Assembly (NCBI GenBank): GCA_951813565.1
Contig: OX638351.1
Location: 5,248,001-5,312,000, forward strand
Origin: an uncultured Poribacteria bacterium
Lineage (GTDB): Bacteria; Poribacteria; WGA-4E; WGA-3G
Direction: 5' to 3'
DNA: 64,000 bases
Shown piece after piece: positions 9,392-19,098 of this stretch. The notes beneath the pieces were generated by a model. That model searched no databases. It saw only the letters and a list, made by a program, of their open reading frames with translations, and was not told where the DNA came from. The stretch's first letter is position 1. Every line of letters begins with the position of its first letter. The translations under genes were made by a program, and so were the position numbers.

Positions 9392-10342
9392 ATGCCAGCC
9401 AACCTACCTCCAACATACTATAAACTCAAACATCAGCATGAAACAGCCAAAACAGATGAGGAACGCCTCAGTCTGTTAGAGGAAATGTTGCGCATTGTTC
9501 CGAAACACAAAGGAACAGAGAAAGTTGTATCTGATCTCCGCAAACGTATTGCTGTCCTGAAAAAAAGTTCGTCTGCAAAAGGAGGTAAGGGGGCGGGTAA
9601 AAAGGGTTATAGCGAACATATACCAAAGCAGGGTGCTGGACAGATTGTAATGTTAGGTCCACCAAATAGCGGTAAATCGCTTCTCCTCTCCAATTTTACG
9701 AAAGCGAAATCTGAAGTATCACCCACTCCCTACACGACTACGATGCCTGTTGTAGGAATGCTCCAATATGAAAACATACAATTTCAACTCATTGATACGC
9801 CTTCTATCATGCAAGATTTTATTTCTCCAGCGGTGTTGACGTTAATCAGAAATGCTGACTTGTGCTTAGGAGTTGTAAGTCTTGCAAGTGATGGTCTGTT
9901 AGATGAATTAGATGTCGTGTTAACGGTGTTTAACGATCAAAGGGGTGATGCTGAGGTTGGATACCTTGTTGTCGCAAATCAATTGGATGCATCGGGCGCA
10001 TCGGATAGGTTAGAGATTCTTACAGAGTTTTACGGGGAAGATTTACATATCTATCCAATCTCTGCTGAGACAGGGGAAGGTAAAGATGCCTTATCGCAAG
10101 CATTTTATGACACCTTGGATATCGTTCGTGTGTATCCGAAAGCACCCGGAAAACCGATAGAACGTGATGACCCGATTGTGCTACCCAACGGTTCAACCGT
10201 ACTTGATGCAGCTCTCGGTTTACACAAAGATTTTGCCGAATTCAAATTTGCACGAATATGGGGACCTGAATGGCACGATGGACAACCTGTCAGTCGAAAT
10301 GATGTGATTTATGATGGAGATGTTGTTGAATTTCATTTATAG
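9392..10342 (+). CDS. DRG/OBG-family GTPase with C-terminal TGS domain
   Basis: PKHKGTEK, GAGQIV, GPPNSGKS, PYTT, QLIDTP; TGS domain ending DGDVVEFH; GGAGG RBS. Confidence 0.9.
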   Translation: MPANLPPTYYKLKHQHETAKTDEERLSLLEEMLRIVPKHKGTEKVVSDLRKRIAVLKKSSSAKGGKGAGKKGYSEHIPKQGAGQIVMLGPPNSGKSLLLSNFTKAKSEVSPTPYTTTMPVVGMLQYENIQFQLIDTPSIMQDFISPAVLTLIRNADLCLGVVSLASDGLLDELDVVLTVFNDQRGDAEVGYLVVANQLDASGASDRLEILTEFYGEDLHIYPISAETGEGKDALSQAFYDTLDIVRVYPKAPGKPIERDDPIVLPNGSTVLDAALGLHKDFAEFKFARIWGPEWHDGQPVSRNDVIYDGDVVEFHL

Positions 10343-10468
10343 TGAAACCCGTAATTATTCTTATATGAATTTCAAACATAGCATGAATGTCCGAGGCGCA
10401 ATGAATTGCGCGACTACAAACGCTGCTAACCTCAAGAAAATGTCCAGGTATTTTTAGATTTTACTATA
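10338..10468. mobile_element. MITE, TATAGTGAAA...TTTTACTATA family
   Basis: TIRs with core GAGGCGCAATGAATTGCGCGACTAC. An inverted homolog is at ~56126-56270. The left end overlaps the GTPase TAG stop. Confidence 0.75.
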
Positions 10469-10536
10469 TAAGAGTTGATATTTGTGATTAGAAGGACGCT
10501 AAGATTTATGTGATCTTTTAAATATGGAGGAAAGTT

Positions 10537-10785
10537 GTGACAATTAAGATCCAAAAATCAGAAAAAAGTGATGGCATCTACTTTTCAAAAGAAATGTTGG
10601 AGGCGGCGCAAATAAACGTCGGGGACGAAGTCCAGGTTACGATTCAGAACGGTAGAATCATTGTTGAAACAGCTACTCAAGCGCGTAGGCGAACTGATTT
10701 GCAGACATTGCTTACCAAAATGCCGAAGGATTACGCACCTGAAGAAATAGATTGGGGCAAACCTGTTGGTAAAGAGGTATGGTAG
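10537..10785 (+). CDS. mazE: AbrB/MazE-type antitoxin
   Basis: GDEVQVTIQNGRIIVE...EIDWGKPVGKEVW; directly upstream of mazF. Confidence 0.9.
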   Translation: MTIKIQKSEKSDGIYFSKEMLEAAQINVGDEVQVTIQNGRIIVETATQARRRTDLQTLLTKMPKDYAPEEIDWGKPVGKEVW

Positions 10786-11131
10786 ATGCCTAAATATGTT
10801 CCAGAGAAAGGAGATTTTGTTCGCCTATCTTTCGATCCACAGTCAGGATATGAACAAAAAGGTAGACGCCCTGCTTTGGTCGTCAGCAACACCTCATTCA
10901 ACCTCCAAACTCAACTTGCTATGGTGTGTCCTATAACTAACACATTCAGAAATGTACCATTTCATGTAAAAATACCTTTGATTCATCGCTTACAGGATAC
11001 ATCATGATAGAGCAAATTAAATCTGTTGATTATGTAAGTCGTGATGTAGAGTTCATTGAAAATCTCCTACTTGGCTTCTTGATGAAGCCCTAAGTGTATT
11101 GGATGTCTGTATATCAGCAGTCATAATTTAG
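10786..11131 (+). pseudogene. mazF: PemK/MazF toxin, interrupted by two single-base frameshifts
   Basis: FDPQSGYEQKGRRPALVVS...CPIT. The continuations DSSLTGYIMIEQIKSVD and SPTWLLDEALSVLD lie in other frames, with shifts at the T run ~10978 and A run ~11060. Confidence 0.8.
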
Positions 11132-11147
11132 TAGACGGACTAAGATA

Positions 11148-11300
11148 ACCTAAGTTGCTACGGACAAGATTTCAAGTTCGCAAATACTGCTTTTTACTGA
11201 AAAAACAAGGCTTTTTCGCTGATTCTTATGTTTTTTGTTCTAAATCGGGGTTAGAAACCCCTCCTACAAGAGCATTTGCGAAATAGGTGGCAACTTGGGT
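11148..11300. mobile_element. 153-bp MITE (ACCTAAGTTGC TIR)
   Basis: TIR ACCTAAGTTGC/GCAACTTGGGT; 7-bp TSD TAAGATA; core GGGGTTAGAAACCCCTCCTAC; homolog at 22861. Confidence 0.85.
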
Positions 11301-11341
11301 TAAGATAGACATTTTTATCAAGGTATTCAAAGGTTGAGATC

Positions 11342-12934
11342 ATGAAACATAGAAAAACTCAACACCCATATCTAATATATTCACTTCTCATCCACATTGT
11401 CTTGTTGCTCTGTGTGTGGTGGTTTTCTCCGAAAGATACATCCCTACCGCCTTCCGGGCCTGGATTTATCGGCGACATCTTCTTAATGCCTCGACCTGCT
11501 GTTGTAAAACCACCAGAACCGGTTGAAGACATTCCCGCTCCTGAACCCCAGAATCCTGCTAAGGAAGAAGTTGAAAAACCACCAGCACTGCCAAAACCGA
11601 CAGTGGATTTGAACAATGCGTGGCTAACAGTTGAAAATGAAAAAGAGTATATCCTGACTGATCAAAAGCTTAGGCAAGAAAACTCTGATAGTCACAAAAA
11701 ACCAGAAGGCACTGTAACAAATGGCACTTCTGCTGGTCCGCACACTAAGATATCACAGAGGCCAAACTCTCGCACCACAACTAAAAAACTTAATCGTGAT
11801 CTACTTGCTTTGTCAACTACTTTGGAAACAACACATACCAGCATCCAAGCGGATACGAGTTCGATTGTGTTAGGGGCCGATGATTCTTTAGATGCAGCAT
11901 CGCCAGCAGTGAGCACTCCGAAGATTAATTATGGTAGTCGGCGTGGTGATGTTTTCCGAGTAACAGGAATGGGTAATGCATGGGGTGGCGGTGGTTATTC
12001 AGGTGAAGGTAAAATAGATGGAACCTATATTAAAATGATGCGGGATATCGCGCAAGAACTTACAGCAGCAACGGTAAGGAAAAAGGTTGATGTCGTAATT
12101 GTGCTTGATGAGACCGCGAGCATGGTGGACAATATCCGTGGTATTCGCGCATATTTTGAATTCGTTTTTGATGCCTTCAAAAGAGAAGGTCACGATGCTA
12201 CTTTTGGATTGGTAACGTTTACGGATAAAACCAAAACGCACGGACGAACAGATGACTTCGGCACTTTCAAAAACTGGCTTTTCAAGATAGAAGTTGATCA
12301 CGGTGGAGACATCTCGGAAGCAGGATTAGATGCGCTGATGACTGCTGTCCAAAAGATCAAGTTCCGGCGTGATGCACAACGTTTTTTCATTCTCGCAAGT
12401 GATGCTGCATTCCATGACGCTGATTTTGATGGAAAGTCTTCCTATAGTTTGGATGAGGTTATTGCTACGTTGCAAAAGGAACAGATTCGTGTTGAAGTGA
12501 TTGGACTTGATTATCTTCCTATCAAACAGATTGCGATGGCGACAGGTGGGACATGGCGGGCAATTCCTGGTAAAGGTTATCTTGAATATGTGCCGCCGTT
12601 AACATTAACGGTAAAGATGTTATCGAAATTGGGGACACTTAGTGTTGATGGTGGGACTGTCGGCGATAAAATCACTGTGTACGTAAACAATCCACCGCGT
12701 CCAAAGCAGGTGACACTGACGTGGAAAGTGCTCAACCCGCTGGGTGAGAGATGTTATGGCCCATTCATAGAAAAAAGAGAAATTCCAGATGACACTTCAA
12801 ACGAGATAGAATTAACACCTTTGCTTGATAGTACTGCGTTTCAGACTATCCCTGGCATCTACACTGTCATCTACCGCCTTGAAAACGATCAAGGACACAA
12901 AAGTATTTTACGCAGAACTTTAACATATCAATAA
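11342..12934 (+). CDS. Membrane-anchored vWA-domain protein with Pro-rich linker
   Basis: N-terminal TM (SLLIHIVLLL), Pro-rich stalk, MIDAS-like VLDETASM, ILASDA. Confidence 0.8.
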   Translation: MKHRKTQHPYLIYSLLIHIVLLLCVWWFSPKDTSLPPSGPGFIGDIFLMPRPAVVKPPEPVEDIPAPEPQNPAKEEVEKPPALPKPTVDLNNAWLTVENEKEYILTDQKLRQENSDSHKKPEGTVTNGTSAGPHTKISQRPNSRTTTKKLNRDLLALSTTLETTHTSIQADTSSIVLGADDSLDAASPAVSTPKINYGSRRGDVFRVTGMGNAWGGGGYSGEGKIDGTYIKMMRDIAQELTAATVRKKVDVVIVLDETASMVDNIRGIRAYFEFVFDAFKREGHDATFGLVTFTDKTKTHGRTDDFGTFKNWLFKIEVDHGGDISEAGLDALMTAVQKIKFRRDAQRFFILASDAAFHDADFDGKSSYSLDEVIATLQKEQIRVEVIGLDYLPIKQIAMATGGTWRAIPGKGYLEYVPPLTLTVKMLSKLGTLSVDGGTVGDKITVYVNNPPRPKQVTLTWKVLNPLGERCYGPFIEKREIPDDTSNEIELTPLLDSTAFQTIPGIYTVIYRLENDQGHKSILRRTLTYQ

Positions 12935-12939
12935 TCGTA

Positions 12940-14109
12940 ATGAAAGATTTAATTTTTGAACAGTGCCATCACCATTTCAACGACATCGTTGCTATTCGCC
13001 GCGATATTCATCAACACCCTGAAATTCGATTTGATGTAGAACGTACTGCCGGTATCGCCGCTGACGCGCTTGATGCGCTCGGTATGTCAGTTAAAACTGG
13101 CATCGGAAAAACAGGGGTTGTTGGGGATCTTGAAATTTCTGGTGCAACAAAACGGATTGCTTTACGGGCAGATATGGATGCACTTCCAATTCAGGAACAA
13201 ACCGATGTTCCTTATAAATCAAAAATTGATGGCAAGGCACACTTGTGCGGACACGATGCCCATACGGCTATGCTTATTGGCACAGCAAGAATCCTAACGC
13301 ATCTTAAAAGCAGTCTCAAAGCAAATATAAGGTTTATCTTCCAACCGTGCGAAGAAGCTTACCCCGGTGGTGCGCCAGCAATGATAGAAGATGGTGCCCT
13401 TGATGATGTAGACGAAATCTATGGGATACATGTTTTTCCGCTTTATCCAGTGGGACAATATGCGACATGCACAGGTCCCATGCTTGCACAATCAGATACA
13501 TTTGAGGTTACAATCACAGGAAGGGGCGGACACGCTGCTTTTCCACATCTCACTGTTGACCCAATTGTGATAGGCGCACAGTTTGTAAATGCCGCACAAT
13601 CTATTGTTGCAAGAAATATAGACCCCTTAGACTCTGCGGTTGTCAGTATTACACAGTTTCACGGTGGAGATGCCAAGAACGTTATTCCACCTTCTGTGGC
13701 ACTTGGCGGCACGGTTCGCACACTGGACAAGGCAGTCCAGAAGCATGTCAGGACACAGTTGGAAAACCTTCTTGCTGGAATCGCAAGTGTGCACGATGCA
13801 ACTTATGATTTTGTCTATCAGGAGGGTTGCCCTGTCACCTACAATCATGAACCGTGTGTTGATGCGGCTGTCTCCGCTGCACAAGCGTTAGTTGGCGAGC
13901 AGAATGTTATTTATCCCATATCTCCAATACTCGGCGGTGAAGATTTCGCTTGCTATTCGCAAAAGATTCCAGCGTGCTTTGTTATGGTCGGCGCGGGAAA
14001 TGAACAGAAAGGTATCGTTAATATGTGCCACCATCCACAGTTTGACATAGACGAAACCAGTATGATTTACGGTATGGCACTCACAGTAAGTATCGGTCTA
14101 ATGAGATAA
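12940..14109 (+). CDS. M20D amidohydrolase
   Basis: HQHPE, LRADMDALP, HLCGHDAH, FQPCEE, GRGGHAAFPH, GEDF, HHPQF. Confidence 0.92.
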   Translation: MKDLIFEQCHHHFNDIVAIRRDIHQHPEIRFDVERTAGIAADALDALGMSVKTGIGKTGVVGDLEISGATKRIALRADMDALPIQEQTDVPYKSKIDGKAHLCGHDAHTAMLIGTARILTHLKSSLKANIRFIFQPCEEAYPGGAPAMIEDGALDDVDEIYGIHVFPLYPVGQYATCTGPMLAQSDTFEVTITGRGGHAAFPHLTVDPIVIGAQFVNAAQSIVARNIDPLDSAVVSITQFHGGDAKNVIPPSVALGGTVRTLDKAVQKHVRTQLENLLAGIASVHDATYDFVYQEGCPVTYNHEPCVDAAVSAAQALVGEQNVIYPISPILGGEDFACYSQKIPACFVMVGAGNEQKGIVNMCHHPQFDIDETSMIYGMALTVSIGLMR

Positions 14110-14136
14110 TAGATAGAAAAGGAAACAGACACTAAA

Positions 14137-16437
14137 ATGCTACAAACAATCACTTACTTAAAGCGAATTTCAATATTAGTACCAATTATAACGCTACTCT
14201 TCTTTGTCGGTACTTGCCCTAATGTCTTTGCACAGGGGCAACCTAATAATGACCAAGCGGCAAGAACCCAAACATTAAATGCTATTCAGGATGCAAACGA
14301 TCATTATTATGAACGTAATTATGCCGAGGCGATTAAAGCGTATAAGGTACTGCTAAAAACCGAACTTACGCAGACACAGAAAGATTCTATGCGGCTTATG
14401 TTAGGTCAAAGCTACGCGAAACTTGGTGAAGATGCAGAGGCACGCCGCATCTTTAAAGAGATTATTGATGAAAATCCTGACGGGTCTTACGCAACGCAAG
14501 CTGTGCATCAACTCTCAAATCTTTATCGGCAACGCTATCAATTTAAAGAGGCTATTGTACTATGCAAGCAGATTGTGAAACAACATCCTAATAGTTCCGC
14601 TGCTGCTGTTGCTGCCTACCTTACTGCGTACTACGAATACATAGAAGGAAAACATGAGGATGCGATGGCAAGTTACAAGTCCTTCCTTGATAATTTTCCG
14701 AATTCCATCTATCGCTCAAGTGCAGTAAGTAGCCTTGTTCGCTTATATACGCAAAATGAGCGGCATGCAGATGCTGAGAAACTTATTACGGAACGAATGA
14801 AATTAAATCCGTCCGATACTACACTTTTAGAGGAGCTTGCAAATCTATATCAACAACAAGGGAAAAGTCAGAAAGCACTGGAACTCTATAAAGAGGTGCT
14901 TGAAAAAAATCCGTCAAATATATCTATTCGACGAAAACTTGGCTCTCTCTACATTGAACTCGGCAATAAGGAACAAGCAATAGCCGAATGGAAAAAACTG
15001 GTAACAGGTGAATTTGATCAATACCAGCAGCTTGGTGCGATTTATCTTTCGCATAAGATGTATCCTGAAGCGATAGAAGCGTTTCAGCAAGCAATAAAGC
15101 AGAATACACAATACGGGTACTTGTATATTCAGCTTGCAGCAGCATATAAAATTCAAGGGAATATTGAGAAGGCTGCCACTACCTATCTTGATGGCTTACA
15201 AAACGTTGGTCCCAGCGGTAGCCAACGTGAATCGATATGGGAAGCCATGCTTGATATTTATCAAGGTGACAGACAAAAACCGCTTCGTGAAAAACTGATA
15301 GCGCAGTTTCAAAACGCACACAGGGCTGCACCGCGAAATCTCAACAATGCTTTGACTTTAGGAGAACTTTTTTTCTATGCAGGGCAACTTGACGAAGCAC
15401 TTAAAACCTTCACACAACTTCACCGAAACTATCCCACTTCAATTGATGCAACTTTGGGAAGATTCGCGGATATCTTAGAACGCAATCAAAATCCATCGGC
15501 AATTGAATTCTACAAAACACTCTTGCAATTTTCAAGGGACATAAGGATACGCACAAATTCACAATATAAACTTGCAAAATTATATCAAAATGCTGAGCAG
15601 TGGGATGAGGCAGTTAACACCTTGAAAGAATTGGACAGAAACAGTGCTGCTTCTATTGACAGTCAGCTTCTGCTCGCGCAGATACAATTACACGGACTTC
15701 ACGATCCCAAAGCAGCACAAATGACCATCCAACCCGTGCTTACACACCAGTTAATATCCAATCAATTTATGGAAGCACAATTGATTTTAGGGGAATGCCA
15801 TATTTTTCTGAAGAGATATACTCTTGCAAGACAGGTGTTGACACCGATAGCGGACAGTGCCAGTCGTTCAAGTGCTGCTGCACGAAAACTAATTGGAGAC
15901 TCCTACTTCTTCGCGACAGAATTCGACAACGCTGCTGCTGAGTATAGAAAAGTGGTTAGTCTCTCAAAATCGGATAAACTCACAAACGATGCCCTTGAAC
16001 GAATTGTGTTACTCCAAGACAATACTGACTATCTCACACTACCGCTAACCGATTATGCCAACGCCCTTCAACTCTACCTGAACGGTGATATTGAAGCATC
16101 GATAACACAGTGTGAGGATACGATTTCACTTTACCCAAAATCTCTAATCGTTGATGATGTGTGGATGCTTCTCGGTTCAATATATCGCTCCCAAAACGCT
16201 TATGGCGATGCTATTCATTCATATCGGCAAATCGTTTCGCAAGAAAGCCAATTAGCGGCGGAAGCCCTCACGCAAATCGCTGAAATCTATCAGAAAAAGA
16301 AGGATTTTAAGAGTGCTATGGATACCTACACGACACTGCTTACAACACATCCGAACAATAGTATTGTTCCGCATGCACGCCAACAGTTAGATAAAATTAC
16401 GAAGTTAATGAAAGACACAGAGTCCAAATCTCCTTAA
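14137..16437 (+). CDS. Secreted tetratricopeptide-repeat protein
   Basis: Signal peptide followed by many TPR-like helical repeats. Confidence 0.88.
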   Translation: MLQTITYLKRISILVPIITLLFFVGTCPNVFAQGQPNNDQAARTQTLNAIQDANDHYYERNYAEAIKAYKVLLKTELTQTQKDSMRLMLGQSYAKLGEDAEARRIFKEIIDENPDGSYATQAVHQLSNLYRQRYQFKEAIVLCKQIVKQHPNSSAAAVAAYLTAYYEYIEGKHEDAMASYKSFLDNFPNSIYRSSAVSSLVRLYTQNERHADAEKLITERMKLNPSDTTLLEELANLYQQQGKSQKALELYKEVLEKNPSNISIRRKLGSLYIELGNKEQAIAEWKKLVTGEFDQYQQLGAIYLSHKMYPEAIEAFQQAIKQNTQYGYLYIQLAAAYKIQGNIEKAATTYLDGLQNVGPSGSQRESIWEAMLDIYQGDRQKPLREKLIAQFQNAHRAAPRNLNNALTLGELFFYAGQLDEALKTFTQLHRNYPTSIDATLGRFADILERNQNPSAIEFYKTLLQFSRDIRIRTNSQYKLAKLYQNAEQWDEAVNTLKELDRNSAASIDSQLLLAQIQLHGLHDPKAAQMTIQPVLTHQLISNQFMEAQLILGECHIFLKRYTLARQVLTPIADSASRSSAAARKLIGDSYFFATEFDNAAAEYRKVVSLSKSDKLTNDALERIVLLQDNTDYLTLPLTDYANALQLYLNGDIEASITQCEDTISLYPKSLIVDDVWMLLGSIYRSQNAYGDAIHSYRQIVSQESQLAAEALTQIAEIYQKKKDFKSAMDTYTTLLTTHPNNSIVPHARQQLDKITKLMKDTESKSP

Positions 16438-16463
16438 TAGATAAACACGTCATAATTAATCTT

Positions 16464-18134
16464 ATGCGATGGCATATTTCACCATCTTTTTTACTTACCG
16501 GCATCCTTTTGTTTCTAAATATCCAGTCCTTGAATGCCGATGAAACATCTATCCATTTTTCCGAACAAACCGAAGCGGCTGGAATTCGTTTCAAACACAT
16601 CAACGGTGCATCTGAAGAAAAATATCTACCCGAAACGATGGGGGCTGGTTGCCTATTTTTTGATTATAACAACGATGGTTTCCTTGATATCTATCTTGTC
16701 AACAGTGGCAAATCTTGTGAGAACGCCTCTCAACCTCGCACCCAACCTGATGAGATGAATGTCCTTTATCGTAACAACGGCGATGGCACGTTTACGGATG
16801 TCTCCGCTAAAGCTGGATTTCAGAAAAATAACGGTTACGGAATGGGATGTCTGTCTGCTGATTATGACAACGATGGTGATGCAGACCTATATCTGACAAA
16901 TTTTGGGAGGAATCAACTCTACCGCAATAATGGTAATGGCACTTTCACCGATGTTACGTCAGATGCGGGTGTTGGCGATTCTCACTGGAGCGTGAGTGCG
17001 TCATTCGGCGACTACAACCTTGATGGATACCTTGATTTGTATGTTGTGAACTATCTTGATTATCAGATTGAAACGGCTCACGCGTGTTTGCTAGAAGGGG
17101 TTCATATATATTGCGGGCCACATGAATATCCAGGTGCATCAGACACACTTTACCGTAACAACGGCGATGGTACCTTCACGGATGTCACTGGGCGGTCAGG
17201 CGTGCGCAATGCTGGGAAAGGGTTAGGTGTCCTCTTTACAGATTACAACAGTGATGGTTATCCAGATATTTTTGTAGCAAACGATGCAGTCCAAGATTTT
17301 CTCTATCGTAACAATGGTGATGGTACGTTTACTGATGTTGCAATCACAGCAGGAATTGCGTATAACTCAGAGGGGCGCGCTACAGCAAGCATGGGAATTG
17401 CCAATGGCGATTACGATAATGATGGGTTGTTAGACCTTTTTGTCACAAATTTCTCGTTGGAAGTCAATAGTCTTTTTCACAACGATGGTGATGGCTTTTA
17501 CACAATGACTACCTTTGAAACTGGACTTGCCGAACCCAGTTTTTCACAACTCGGATTTGGCACACAATTTCTTGATGCAGACAATAACGGCGTATTAGAC
17601 CTCTTTGTTGCAAATGGACATGTGTGGGACAATGTCGCACACATCACACCTTCCCTCGCCTACAAACAGAAATGCCAACTTTTTGAAAACACCGGAACTG
17701 GAAATTTCAAAGAAATAACTAAAGCAGCAGGGATGTTTTTCACACGTCCTGTTGTTGCGCGCGGCACTGCTATCGGTGATTATGATAACGATGGTGATGC
17801 AGATATTCTGGTCTCCTGTTGCAGCGAGAGTCCTGTGCTTTTACGAAACGATTCCCGAGTGGCAAACAATTGGTTAAAAGTCCAATTAGTCGGTACAAAG
17901 AGCAACCGGGACGGAATCGGTGCTAAAGTGCAGGTACAGGCAGGTGAAAAAACGCAAGTCAAAGAAGTTACTTGCGGCGGCAGCTACGCCTCTGGGAGCG
18001 AGCGCACACTTCTTTTCGGACTTGGCACGCATTCAAAAGTGCAATCAATTGAAGTAAGATGGCAAGGAGGACATATCCAGAGACTTGAAAATATTTCAGC
18101 GAATCAAGTTACCCGTATAAAAGAAAACCGCTAA
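16464..18134 (+). CDS. CRTAC1-family FG-GAP repeat protein with ASPIC/UnbV domain
   Basis: Repeated DYDNDGxxD and LYRNNGDGTFTDV; C-terminal SNRDGIGAKV...FGLG. Confidence 0.92.
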   Translation: MRWHISPSFLLTGILLFLNIQSLNADETSIHFSEQTEAAGIRFKHINGASEEKYLPETMGAGCLFFDYNNDGFLDIYLVNSGKSCENASQPRTQPDEMNVLYRNNGDGTFTDVSAKAGFQKNNGYGMGCLSADYDNDGDADLYLTNFGRNQLYRNNGNGTFTDVTSDAGVGDSHWSVSASFGDYNLDGYLDLYVVNYLDYQIETAHACLLEGVHIYCGPHEYPGASDTLYRNNGDGTFTDVTGRSGVRNAGKGLGVLFTDYNSDGYPDIFVANDAVQDFLYRNNGDGTFTDVAITAGIAYNSEGRATASMGIANGDYDNDGLLDLFVTNFSLEVNSLFHNDGDGFYTMTTFETGLAEPSFSQLGFGTQFLDADNNGVLDLFVANGHVWDNVAHITPSLAYKQKCQLFENTGTGNFKEITKAAGMFFTRPVVARGTAIGDYDNDGDADILVSCCSESPVLLRNDSRVANNWLKVQLVGTKSNRDGIGAKVQVQAGEKTQVKEVTCGGSYASGSERTLLFGLGTHSKVQSIEVRWQGGHIQRLENISANQVTRIKENR

Positions 18135-18139
18135 TTCAC

Positions 18140-18168
18140 TTGACAATTCCGTCAATCAACCTTAAAAT
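18140..18168 (+). promoter_or_regulatory. sigma70-type promoter
   Basis: TTGACA-17 bp-TAAAAT upstream of AGGAGG and ATG 18190. Confidence 0.65.
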
Positions 18169-18189
18169 TAAAGATAGGAGGATATTTTT

Positions 18190-18951
18190 ATGAAAAACGG
18201 AAATTTTTGGAAAATTGTTTGTTATAGTGCAATCGTCTGTTTACTCACATCAATGTCTGCATGGATAATTACTGCGGATGCAGCAGATTCATTCGGTGAC
18301 TCGTTTGATGGTGGCGAATTGCAGAATCCAAATTGGAAATGGCAAAACGAACCGCCGACTTGGGATCTCGGCACAACCCGCGAAGGTTTCCTATACATTG
18401 ACAGTGAACCTAACCGCAATGTCTGGGCATCGGACGCTTCCCATTTTCTGTATCAGGAAACTGAGGCTGACATGTTTGATGTAGAAACGCATTTTTTTGC
18501 TAAATGGGATACCGATTCTGGAGTCAACGGGCTTCTTGTGAAAAGCCCAGCTGACAATAACTGGGTAACTATCAAATTTTGGTCGAGAGATGCCGCTAAC
18601 AGAGGCCATATTCAGTATCAAACCAGACAAGCTGGTTTAAGACCAGGTGGTGATATTGGATGGAAACCGGAATTTGGTGACACTGAGTTGTTCTTTAGAC
18701 TCAAGAAAGATGGAAATCAGTATTCTGCATGGTATAAAACCGAAGCGGACGGAGATTGGTTGGTAATCCACGAAAATGCAAGCTTTAACCTGACTCCGCC
18801 ACTTTGGCTCGGCATCTATGCGGGTGTTGCCGCAGGTTCAGGAAGTCTTGAGGTTGAATACGAATATTTCCAAGACAATATAAACCTCACTGATGTTGAA
18901 CCTGAAGGAAAGATAGCAACAACATGGGGTAAAGTAAAGTCCCGTTATTAG
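18190..18951 (+). CDS. Secreted ConA-like/DUF1349-type beta-sandwich protein with VEPxGKxATTWG tail
   Basis: Signal peptide; FFRLKKDGNQYSAWY, LWLGIYAG; ends VEPEGKIATTWGKVKSRY. Confidence 0.7.
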   Translation: MKNGNFWKIVCYSAIVCLLTSMSAWIITADAADSFGDSFDGGELQNPNWKWQNEPPTWDLGTTREGFLYIDSEPNRNVWASDASHFLYQETEADMFDVETHFFAKWDTDSGVNGLLVKSPADNNWVTIKFWSRDAANRGHIQYQTRQAGLRPGGDIGWKPEFGDTELFFRLKKDGNQYSAWYKTEADGDWLVIHENASFNLTPPLWLGIYAGVAAGSGSLEVEYEYFQDNINLTDVEPEGKIATTWGKVKSRY

Positions 18952-18955
18952 TTCT

Positions 18956-18986
18956 AAGGTGGGTAGACCAGGGTTTGCCCACCTTT
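18956..18986 (+). terminator. Rho-independent terminator-like hairpin
   Basis: AAGGTGGGTAGACC-AG-GGTTTGCCCACCTT followed by T's, just after the stop codon. Confidence 0.55.
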
Positions 18987-19098
18987 TCCGCATACAAAAA
19001 GTGTTCAATAACTGTAGATAATATTTTTGTTTACGTAGAAATGGTATGGTTAAAGTTTGTAGCAAGGAAATTTCTTTAATCTTACGTTAGGAGATAAA

